Shown piece by piece: positions 25,244 through 32,000 of a stretch of 32,000 nucleotides of DNA (its first letter is position 1; the number at the start of each line of letters is the position of its first letter). The notes under the pieces are model-generated. The model made no database searches and was not told the DNA's origin. It saw only the letters and a program-made list of their open reading frames with translations. Source of the stretch: Xanthomonas campestris pv. campestris str. ATCC 33913 (GTDB lineage Bacteria > Pseudomonadota > Gammaproteobacteria > Xanthomonadales > Xanthomonadaceae). Made by a program: the position numbers and the translations under genes. The stretch covers positions 2,726,497 to 2,758,496 of the forward strand of contig NC_003902.1 of NCBI RefSeq assembly GCF_000007145.1, read 5' to 3'.

Positions 25244-26816
25244 GGTGCGTCCCCTTGGGTAACGGCTTGAGCAAAAAGGCCAGCGGAATCGTGCAGACCA
25301 CGATCACGCCAAAGATCCAGAACAGGTCGCTATAGGTCATCACCAGCGCCTGCTGTTGCACCAGGCGCGCAAGTTGGGCAACCGCGCGAATCGCCGCCTC
25401 GCCACCGGCGCTGCCCTGCATCTGCGCGTTCAACCCGGCCAGGAAATCCTGCGCGCGGCTGGCGTTTGCAGTGACGGCGCTGCCGATGGTCTCGGTGTGG
25501 AAGGTCATGCGCCGCTCCTGGAAGGTGGAGATCAGCGCCAATCCAACCGAGCCACCCAGGTTGCGGCCGGCGTTGAACAGGCCGGACGCATCGCCGGCCA
25601 GCTCGGGCGGCACCGAGGAAATGGCCGCCTGGTTGAGCGACATCATCGCCAGCGCCAGGCCGCAGCCCTGCAACAACTGCCCGGCGACAAAATGCATGCC
25701 CACGGTGTCGGCGGTCAGCGACAGGTTGACGAAGCATGCCGCGGCAAAACACAGCAGCCCGGCGATCACCAGGATGCGCACGTCCACCACCTCCAGCAGC
25801 TTGGGCATCATCGGCATCAACAACACCGTGGGCAGGCCGGACAGCAGCAACACATAGCCGGCCTGTTCGGTGTTGTAGCCGGAAATCACCGACAGGAACT
25901 GCGGGATCATGTACATGACCCCGAACAGGATCATGCCCACCGCCATGATCATGATGAACACCGCGCCGAAGCTGCGGTGCAGCAGCAGCGACAGCCGGAT
26001 CACCGGTGCGCGCTGGCCAAACTGCGAGATCACCAGCGCCAAAAATCCACTCAGCGCGAATACGCTGAGCGTGTTGATTTCGCTGGATTCGAACCAGCGC
26101 TCGCGCTGGCCTTCTTCCAGCACCACGGTGAGCCCGCCCAGGCCGGCGGTGAGCCCGTAGATGCCCAGCCAGTCCGCATCCAGCAGGCCGGCCCAGTTGC
26201 CTTTTTCGTGCTTGAGCCCGAGCAGCAACAGCGCCACCAAGCCCACGCAGATCGGCACGTTGATGAAAAACGCGTAGTGCCAGCTGACGTTTTCGGTCAG
26301 CCAGCCACCGAGCAGCGGGCCGATCACCGGGCCCATGATCACGGTCATGCCGAACAAGGCGGTGCCCATGGTCTGCTGGCTGGGCGGCAAGCGTGTGGCG
26401 ACAATGGTCAGCGCGGTAGGGATCAACGCACCGCCGGCCAGGCCCTGGCCCACGCGGCCGATGATCATCATGGTCAGCGAGGTGGACAGCCCGCAGACCA
26501 CCGAGAAAGCAGTAAACATCACCGCGCAGATCAGCAGGAAGTTACGCAGGCCCAGCGTGCGCACGAACCAGCCGGTGAGCGGAATCATGATGATTTCCGC
26601 CACCAGGTAGGCGGTGGAGATCCAGGTGCCCTCGGTGCCGCTGGCGCCCACTTCGCCCTGGATGGTGGGCAGTGCGGCGTTGACGATGGAGATGTCCAGC
26701 GTCGCCATGAACGAGCCGATGGTGCCGGCCAGTACCGCCAGCCACGCGCCCGGTTCGGCTTTCTCGCGTCCGGCGCTGCCGCCGGCACGCTCGCCGGTGG
26801 CCGCCGCGGCATTCAT
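25230..26816 (-). CDS. emrB: DHA2-family MFS drug efflux permease (EmrB/QacA type, 14 TM)
   Basis: 528 aa. N-terminal MATLDISIVNAALPTIQGE..GT..EGTWISTAYL.AE....PLTGW is the EmrB signature region. Multiple TM segments throughout. ATGA overlap with emrA. Confidence 0.9.
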   Translation of the reverse strand: MNAAAATGERAGGSAGREKAEPGAWLAVLAGTIGSFMATLDISIVNAALPTIQGEVGASGTEGTWISTAYLVAEIIMIPLTGWFVRTLGLRNFLLICAVMFTAFSVVCGLSTSLTMMIIGRVGQGLAGGALIPTALTIVATRLPPSQQTMGTALFGMTVIMGPVIGPLLGGWLTENVSWHYAFFINVPICVGLVALLLLGLKHEKGNWAGLLDADWLGIYGLTAGLGGLTVVLEEGQRERWFESSEINTLSVFALSGFLALVISQFGQRAPVIRLSLLLHRSFGAVFIMIMAVGMILFGVMYMIPQFLSVISGYNTEQAGYVLLLSGLPTVLLMPMMPKLLEVVDVRILVIAGLLCFAAACFVNLSLTADTVGMHFVAGQLLQGCGLALAMMSLNQAAISSVPPELAGDASGLFNAGRNLGGSVGLALISTFQERRMTFHTETIGSAVTANASRAQDFLAGLNAQMQGSAGGEAAIRAVAQLARLVQQQALVMTYSDLFWIFGVIVVCTIPLAFLLKPLPKGTHLAMH

Positions 26817-28054
26817 CGCGCGCGCTCCTGCGCCTGCACGCGGTCCGATTCCTCCTCGGCGCGCTGCTTGGCGTCCTTGGCCGAGCGGGTATCCACGGTG
26901 ACCTCCACCGACATGCCAGGCACCAGCACCTTGCGCGCTTCCTCACCGGCCAGCACGCGGATGCGCACCGGCACGCGCTGCACCACCTTGGTGAAGTTGC
27001 CGGTGGCGTTCTCCGGCGGCAACAGCGCGAACTGCGAGCCGGTGCCGGGCGACAGGCTTTCCACCTTGCCGTGCAGCTTCACGCCCGACAGCGCGTCGAC
27101 CTCGATCTCGGCTGGCTGGCCGGGGCGCATCAGGCCGACCTGGGTTTCCTTGAAGTTGGCCACCAGGTACAGCGACTGCTGCGGCACGATGGTCATGGTG
27201 CGGGTGCCGGCGGCCAGGAACTGCCCCACCTGCACGGTCTTGTCGCCCACCCGGCCGTGGATACGGCTGGTCAGGCGGGTGTCTTCCACCGCCACGCGCG
27301 CCTGGTCGGCATCGGCGGTGGCCTGCTTCACCCCGGCCTTGGCCTGCTCCAGCTGGGCGCTGCTGGCCTGGATCTGGCTCTGCGCCCCCTTGGCCTGCGC
27401 CTGTGCGGCCTCGTACTGGGCGCGGGCGCGCTCCAGATCGTGCTGCAGGCTTTCCTGGTGTTCGTGGGTGTCGGCGCCGGAGGCGGCCAGCGGCGCGAAG
27501 CGCTTCACCTCGGCCTGGGCAAAGCGCAGGCTTGCCGCGGCCGAGGCCACCTGGGTGCGCGCCTGCACCAGCGACGATTCCTGCGCGGCCACATTGGCGG
27601 TGGCGGCGGCGATGTCGGCTTCGCGCGCGGCGATTGCGGCTTCGGCCTGTTGCAGCGTGGCCTGGTAGGTGCGGTCGTCGATCTGCAGCAGGGGCTGGCC
27701 GGCGTCGACAATCTGGTTGTCGCCCACCATCACCTGAGTGACATAGCCGCTGACGCGCGGAGCCACCGCCACCGAGTCCGCCTGCAGGTAGGCGTTGTTG
27801 GTGTCCTGCATGTAGCGGCCCTTGATCAGGTAGTAGGCCAGCCAGATCACCAGCAGCACCACCACCAGCACGCCGACGATGATCAGCGTCCACTTCACCT
27901 TGGGATTCTTCAGCGGCGAGGGCTTCTTGGCGTCGTCGTCGCGGGACGCATTGCCCTGCCCGTCCGCTGCTGTGGACTGGCCATCGGTGGACTGCTGATC
28001 GTGGTTGCTCAAAGGGGGCGTCCTGTGTCGTGGGCTGGGCGCGCGCGCTGGCAT
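26813..28054 (-). CDS. emrA: HlyD-family periplasmic adaptor (EmrA type)
   Basis: One N-terminal TM helix (WTLIIVGVLVVVLLVIWLAYYL), then NAYLQADSVAVAPRVSGYV...VGDNQ.V..GQPLLQIDD, a long Ala/Gln coiled coil, and the beta-barrel region LVANFKETQV..MRPGQP. The start is uncertain: ATG 28054, or TTG 28012 with AGGA 8 nt upstream. Confidence 0.85.
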   Translation of the reverse strand: MPARAPSPRHRTPPLSNHDQQSTDGQSTAADGQGNASRDDDAKKPSPLKNPKVKWTLIIVGVLVVVLLVIWLAYYLIKGRYMQDTNNAYLQADSVAVAPRVSGYVTQVMVGDNQIVDAGQPLLQIDDRTYQATLQQAEAAIAAREADIAAATANVAAQESSLVQARTQVASAAASLRFAQAEVKRFAPLAASGADTHEHQESLQHDLERARAQYEAAQAQAKGAQSQIQASSAQLEQAKAGVKQATADADQARVAVEDTRLTSRIHGRVGDKTVQVGQFLAAGTRTMTIVPQQSLYLVANFKETQVGLMRPGQPAEIEVDALSGVKLHGKVESLSPGTGSQFALLPPENATGNFTKVVQRVPVRIRVLAGEEARKVLVPGMSVEVTVDTRSAKDAKQRAEEESDRVQAQERAR

Positions 28055-28214
28055 GCCCGCATCAACGGGCCCGGCGAGGCGGCGCAACCATACAATTATT
28101 TGAACCGCCCAGTACAGATTGCGTGATGACCCGGTCAGCCCCCGCTGTGACTCATTGGCACTTTATTAGTCCTGCCCTCGCACGGGCCGCACAGGGCATG
28201 TGAGAGAGCCCGCG

Positions 28215-29330
28215 TCAGCGACCCGTCTTGATCTCGGTCCACAGCCGCGTGTACAGGCGGTCCACCTCGGGTGGATTGATCGCGTAAGTGAACATCCGGG
28301 CGGTCACCTCCGGCGGCGGGTAGATGGTGGGGTCGTTGCGGATGGCCGCATCCACCAGCGGCGTGGCGGCGCTGACCGGATTGGCGTAGTGGATGAAATT
28401 GCTGTTGGCGGCCGCCACCTTGGGCGTCAGCAAATAATTGATGAAGGCGTAAGCGTTTTCCGGGTGTTTGGCATCCTTGGGGATCGCCAGCATGTCGAAC
28501 CACTGCGGCGCGCCTTCCTTCGGGATGGAATACGCCACCTTGACGGTGTTGCCGGCTTCGGCCGCGCGGTCGCGGGCCTGGATGATGTCGCCCGACCAGC
28601 CCACCGCCAGACAGGTGTTGCCATTGGCCAGCGAAGTCACGTACTGGCTGGAGTGGAAGTTCTGCACGTAGGGGCGGATGGTCTTGATCAGCGCGGCGGC
28701 TTTTTCGATCTCGGCCGGCGCGGTGCTGTGCGGGTCCAGGCCCAGGTAGTTCAGCGCGATCGGAATCATGTCCGAGGGCGTATCGAGAATGGTGACGCCG
28801 CAGTCCTTGAGCTTGGACAGGTTCTCCGGCTTGAAGATCAGGTCCCAGCTGTTGGCGATCTCGGTGTTGCCAAACGCCGCCTTGAGCTTGTCGACGTTGT
28901 AGCCGATGCCGGTGGTACCGATCATGTACGGTACGCCATAGGTGTTGCCGGGGTCCTGCGCGGCGATGCGGCGCATGATGTCCGGGTCGAGATTGGCCAG
29001 GTTCGGAATCTTGCTTTTATCCAGCGGCAGGAACACGCCGGCCTGGATCTGGCGGCCAAAGAAGTTGAGCGTGGGCACCACCACGTCGTAGTCGCTGCCA
29101 CCGGCGAGCAGTTTGGTTTCCACCATTTCGTCGCTGTCGAACACGTCGTAGGTGACCTTGATGCCGGTGCTCTTTTCGAACGCGGGGATGGTGTCTTCGG
29201 CGATGTAGTCGGAGTAGTTGTAGACGTTGAGCACCTTGGCCTGTGCATCGGCCTTGCCCGGGGCGCCACCGCCGCCACAGCCGGACAACAGGGTGATGGA
29301 CAGGGTCAGGGCGAGCAGTCGCAGCGTCAT
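28215..29330 (-). CDS. potF: putrescine-binding periplasmic protein PotF (lipoprotein form)
   Basis: ORF 28215..29414 trimmed to ATG 29330 (GGAGA 5 nt upstream). Lipobox LLSGC. LNVYNYSDYIAEDTIP.FEK.TGIKVTYDVFDS.E and the YSIPKEGA..WFDMLAIPKDAKH pattern are typical of the PotF/PotD family. Confidence 0.9.
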   Translation of the reverse strand: MTLRLLALTLSITLLSGCGGGGAPGKADAQAKVLNVYNYSDYIAEDTIPAFEKSTGIKVTYDVFDSDEMVETKLLAGGSDYDVVVPTLNFFGRQIQAGVFLPLDKSKIPNLANLDPDIMRRIAAQDPGNTYGVPYMIGTTGIGYNVDKLKAAFGNTEIANSWDLIFKPENLSKLKDCGVTILDTPSDMIPIALNYLGLDPHSTAPAEIEKAAALIKTIRPYVQNFHSSQYVTSLANGNTCLAVGWSGDIIQARDRAAEAGNTVKVAYSIPKEGAPQWFDMLAIPKDAKHPENAYAFINYLLTPKVAAANSNFIHYANPVSAATPLVDAAIRNDPTIYPPPEVTARMFTYAINPPEVDRLYTRLWTEIKTGR

Positions 29331-29546
29331 GTGGGTCTCCAGGGCAGCGCGGTGGGGCGGCCCGGCATCGCGGCCGGTCTGCACCCAGCCTACCCACCGC
29401 ATCCGCGTTTGCACAGCGTGCGGCCTCTGGGCGGCGGTGGACGGCTGCGATGCGCTGCAGCGTCGGGGACGGCAAAGCTCACTGCGGCGGTGGCGCTCGC
29501 TGCGTCGTGGCTGCGCAGCTCGGCGGCGTGAGGCCTGCCGCCGCGC

Positions 29547-30929
29547 TTACTTGCCCAGCGCCTGCGCGGTGTCGTCCAGCGCGGCCCAGGTTTTGTCGAA
29601 CAGCTCATCGACCTGTTCGCAGGTGATGATCAACGGCGGCGACAGCAGCATGGCGTCGTAAGTGGCCCGCAGGATCAGCCCGCGCCGCAGGGCAAAGTCG
29701 CGGCACAGCGCGCCTACGCGCCCGCGCTCCGGGAAGTACACACCACGGCGGCGCTTGTCGGGCACCAGCTCCAGCGCACCGACCAGCCCGGCGATGCGCG
29801 CCTCGCCCACCAGACGGTGCGCGCCCAGTTCGGCCCAGCGCTGCGCCAGGTACGGCGCAATCTGCGTGCGTGCGGTGTCCACGATGCCCTCGTCCTGCAG
29901 TAGCCGCAGGTTTTCCAGCGCCACCGCAGCGCAGACCGGATGCCCGGCATAGGTACCGCCGTGCGCCAGTTCACCGCCCTGACGCTTGAGCACACCGGCT
30001 ACGCGGTCGTTGAACATCGCCGCGGCCAGCGGGATGTAGCCGGAAGTGATGCCCTTGGCCAGGGTCATCACATCGGGCTGGAAACCGAAATACTCCGCGC
30101 CGAACCAGGCACCGGTGCGGCCGAACCCGCAGATCACCTCGTCGGCCACCAGCAGTACGTCGTAGCGCCGGCAGATGCGTTCGATTTCCGGCCAGTAGCT
30201 GCGCGGTGGGATGTAGACCCCGATCGCGCCCATGATCGGCTCACCGATAAAGGCCGCCACGGTGTCGGGCCCCAACTGCAGGATCTTCTCTTCCAGCCGG
30301 CGCGCAGCGAGCAGACCGTAGTCGTCCGGGTCCATCTCGCCACCCTCGCCGAAATGATTGGGTGGCGCGATGTGCTCGATCCCCGGAATCGGCAACCCAC
30401 CTTGCCGATGCATCCCGCGCATTCCGCCCAGACTGGCCCCACCCATGGTGGTGCCGTGGTAGCCATCGTGGCGGCCGATGAAGATGTGCTTCTGCGGCTG
30501 CCCCTGCACCGCCCAGAAATGCCGCACCAGCCGCAGGATGGTGTCGTTGGCCTCCGAGCCGGAATTGGCAAAGAACGCATGATTCAAATCGCCCGGCGCC
30601 AGCTCCGCCAACTTGGCAGCCAGGTGCACGGTGGGCTCGGTGGTGCATTGAAAGAAGCTGTTGTAGTACGCCAACTGCTCCATCTGCCGCGCCGCCGCCT
30701 GCGCAAGCTCGGCCCGCCCATAGCCCAAGTTGACGCACCACAGCCCGGCAAACGCATCCAGCAACTTGTTGCCATCCGCATCCCACACATACACCCCCTC
30801 GCCCCGCGTCAGGATGCGCGTGCCCTTGGAGGCCAGTGCCGCGTTGTCATTGAACGGATGCAGATGATGCGCAGCATCGAGTTGCTGCAGGGACCTGAGC
30901 ACAGAAGGATCCACGACCCGCTCCGACAT
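29547..30929 (-). CDS. class-III PLP aminotransferase, SpuC-like putrescine/omega-amino acid--pyruvate aminotransferase
   Basis: ORF 29547..31196 trimmed to ATG 30929, because the upstream 89 codons run through a microsatellite-like tract. HHLHPFND...GEGVYVWDADGNKLLDAFAGLWCVNLGYGR, DEVICGFGRTG and the PLP-lysine context DVMTLAKGITSGY are present. Confidence 0.9.
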   Translation of the reverse strand: MSERVVDPSVLRSLQQLDAAHHLHPFNDNAALASKGTRILTRGEGVYVWDADGNKLLDAFAGLWCVNLGYGRAELAQAAARQMEQLAYYNSFFQCTTEPTVHLAAKLAELAPGDLNHAFFANSGSEANDTILRLVRHFWAVQGQPQKHIFIGRHDGYHGTTMGGASLGGMRGMHRQGGLPIPGIEHIAPPNHFGEGGEMDPDDYGLLAARRLEEKILQLGPDTVAAFIGEPIMGAIGVYIPPRSYWPEIERICRRYDVLLVADEVICGFGRTGAWFGAEYFGFQPDVMTLAKGITSGYIPLAAAMFNDRVAGVLKRQGGELAHGGTYAGHPVCAAVALENLRLLQDEGIVDTARTQIAPYLAQRWAELGAHRLVGEARIAGLVGALELVPDKRRRGVYFPERGRVGALCRDFALRRGLILRATYDAMLLSPPLIITCEQVDELFDKTWAALDDTAQALGK

Positions 30930-31008
30930 GAGAAACAACGAGCATACCCGCGCACTGTTGCCATGCCGTGGATGGAGCGCACAGGCATGCATGGCGACAC
31001 AAGAACTA

Positions 31009-31148
31009 CCTTGCCCTGCTTTGCCTTGCCTTGCCCTGCTTTGCCTTGCCTTGCCTTGCTTTGCTCTGTGCCTGCTGCGCTCTGCTTGCTCTGCTTTGCA
31101 CGGCTCTGCGCTGCGCTGCCCTGCTCTGCGCTTTACCCTGCTCTGCTC
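31009..31148. repeat. A-poor CTTGC/CTGC-rich tract with 20-bp periodicity
   Basis: Two perfect 20-bp units CCTTGCCCTGCTTTGCCTTG (31009-31028, 31029-31048) are followed by progressively degenerate units to about 31148. The tract starts 80 nt upstream of the aminotransferase ATG, and the gene's sense strand reads CAAGG/CAAAG/CAGGG pentamers. Confidence 0.8.
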
Positions 31149-31209
31149 ACGCTCTTCCGGGGCCCCATACCGCAGCGGCAAGGCCGGCAGATACAACCCG
31201 CAGGGCGGC

Positions 31210-31261
31210 GCGCATGGATGCGCGACGTTTTTGTAAGGGACATGGATGTCCCTTACAAAAA
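31210..31261. repeat. two adjacent palindromes sharing a CATGGATG centre
   Basis: GCGCAT-GG-ATGCGC (31210-31223) and TTTTTGTAAGGGACAT-GG-ATGTCCCTTACAAAAA (31228-31261, perfect 16-bp arms). Read directly from the sequence. Confidence 0.85.
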
Positions 31262-31328
31262 TTTCTGCCGGACTTGCGCACCCGTCGCGCGCAGCGCGTC
31301 GGGCGCGAGGACGGGGTGTGTTTCTTTG

Positions 31329-31380
31329 GTTACCTTTCTTTGCACAAGCAAAGAAAGTAACTCGCGCCCGAAGGGCGTGA
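31329..31380 (+). repeat. twin-hairpin module related to the 3' end of the 204-bp repeats
   Basis: GTTAC(C)TTTCTTTGC-ACAA-GCAAAGAAAGTAAC (31329-31361, one bulge) is followed by TCGCGCCC-GAA-GGGCGTGA (31362-31380). The layout matches GGTGACTTTTG-N6-CAAAAGTTACC + CGCGCC-ACA-GGCGCG at 17874-17916 and 18118-18160. Both are preceded by the shared 11-mer CGCGTCGGGCG. Confidence 0.7.
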
Positions 31381-31495
31381 AAGCCCTGCTTCCTGTTTCA
31401 TCTTGCATCAAGGAAAGCACGCGCGCGCGGGGACCACGTACAAAAAGCACAGAAAAACGCACTCACTTCACCACCAAGCAACCGGCCAACCAACC

Positions 31496-32000
31496 TCACA
31501 CATTCAACAACAAGAACTCCCGCTCCCACGAACTGATCACCCGGAAAAACGTCTCGTATTCTTTCCGCTTCACAGAAATATAGGCCCGCACAAACCGCGG
31601 CCCCAACATCTCCTTCAACGCCTCACACCCCTCCAACTCATCCAACGCCTCCCCCAACGACCGCGGCAAATCGTAGCCCTGCTCCTTGCCGTTGCTGCTG
31701 ATCGGCGCGGTCGGCTCCAGCTTCTCGCGGATGCCCAGGAGCCCGCATGCCAAAGTCGCTGCCATCGCCAGGTACGGGTTGGCATCGGAGCCTGCAAACC
31801 GGCTCTCCACCCGCATGTTCTGCGGCGCATCGATCGGCACCCGCAACCCGCAGGTGCGGTTGTCGAAGCCCCACAGCACATTGCTTGGCGAGACCTCGCC
31901 GAACATCAGCCGCCGGTACGAATTGACGTTGGGCGCCAGCAGCCCCATCGCCATCGGAATGTATTTCTGCAGCCCGCCCAGATAATGCGCAAAGGTGTCG
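31496..32000 (-). CDS. glutamine synthetase family protein (PuuA/PauA-like gamma-glutamylpolyamine synthetase), C-terminal part; the 5' end lies beyond the window
   Basis: The frame stays open to the window edge upstream of the track ORF 31496..31954. It carries GS catalytic-domain motifs NSYRRL, WG.DNRT..LRVP, E.R.AGSDANPYLAMAA, and the C-terminal ISSWEREFLLLNV. Confidence 0.85.
   Translation of the reverse strand, partial: DTFAHYLGGLQKYIPMAMGLLAPNVNSYRRLMFGEVSPSNVLWGFDNRTCGLRVPIDAPQNMRVESRFAGSDANPYLAMAATLACGLLGIREKLEPTAPISSNGKEQGYDLPRSLGEALDELEGCEALKEMLGPRFVRAYISVKRKEYETFFRVISSWEREFLLLNV

Noticed and set aside
26081-26099. tRNA T-arm-like hairpin CGCTGG-ATTCGAA-CCAGCG (GGTTCGAATCC on the minus strand)
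   Set aside because: It lies inside the well-supported emrB coding frame (FESSEINT). No acceptor, D or anticodon arms can be built around it.
25356-27668. 770-aa ORF on the plus strand. Similar long plus-strand ORFs occur at 23666-25186, 27071-28126, 28200-29531, 29940-31583, 3564-4838 and 20572-21564.
   Set aside because: All are antisense to genes with strong family signatures (emrB/emrA, OMP, potF, aminotransferase, petB, potI). Their products are low-complexity and Arg/Gly/His/Gln-rich, with no motifs.
30930-31196. Upstream extension of the aminotransferase ORF (track start 31196)
   Set aside because: The extra 89 codons translate the 20-bp periodic repeat tract into a low-complexity K/A/R/Q/G peptide. 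Class-III aminotransferase homology begins right after the ATG at 30929.

Overview
High-GC gamma-proteobacterial chromosome segment. Gene order (petABC-sspAB, miaB-phoH-ybeY-corC, potFGHI) and the style of the intergenic repeats suggest a Xanthomonas-like genome; this is inference, since no database search was possible. I call 30 protein-coding genes, two of them truncated by the window edges. They are: an Lhr-type helicase fragment, a DUF3301 protein, sspA-sspB plus a small unknown ORF, the cytochrome bc1 operon petABC, and a WYL/HTH regulator translationally coupled to a DUF4124-SLT lytic transglycosylase and divergent from a GST. Next comes the miaB / phoH / ybeY / corC housekeeping cluster, interrupted by two secreted unknowns and followed by a DUF4105 membrane protein and corA. 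The last 13.6 kb is a minus-strand polyamine-utilisation locus: a glutamine-synthetase-like gamma-glutamylpolyamine synthetase, a SpuC-like aminotransferase, potF, potGHI and a Sad/YneI-type succinate-semialdehyde dehydrogenase, with an EmrA-EmrB-NodT tripartite efflux operon nested between potF and potG. I saw no rRNA, tRNA, CRISPR, transposase, integrase or phage genes. The long ORFs antisense to real genes are high-GC artefacts. The most unusual content is non-coding: (1) a duplicated ~116-bp module with four near-consensus DnaA-box 9-mers and 17-bp palindromes in an expanded miaB-phoH spacer; (2) an ~890-bp repeat island between corA and the aldehyde dehydrogenase gene, with two identical 204-bp structured repeats nested inside inverted G-rich heptamer arrays; (3) a related structured element with a 20-bp periodic A-poor tract upstream of the aminotransferase gene; (4) a ~146-bp imperfect palindrome in the potG-potH junction that covers the putative potH start. 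All functional calls rest on motifs I recognise by eye. Start codons are best guesses.
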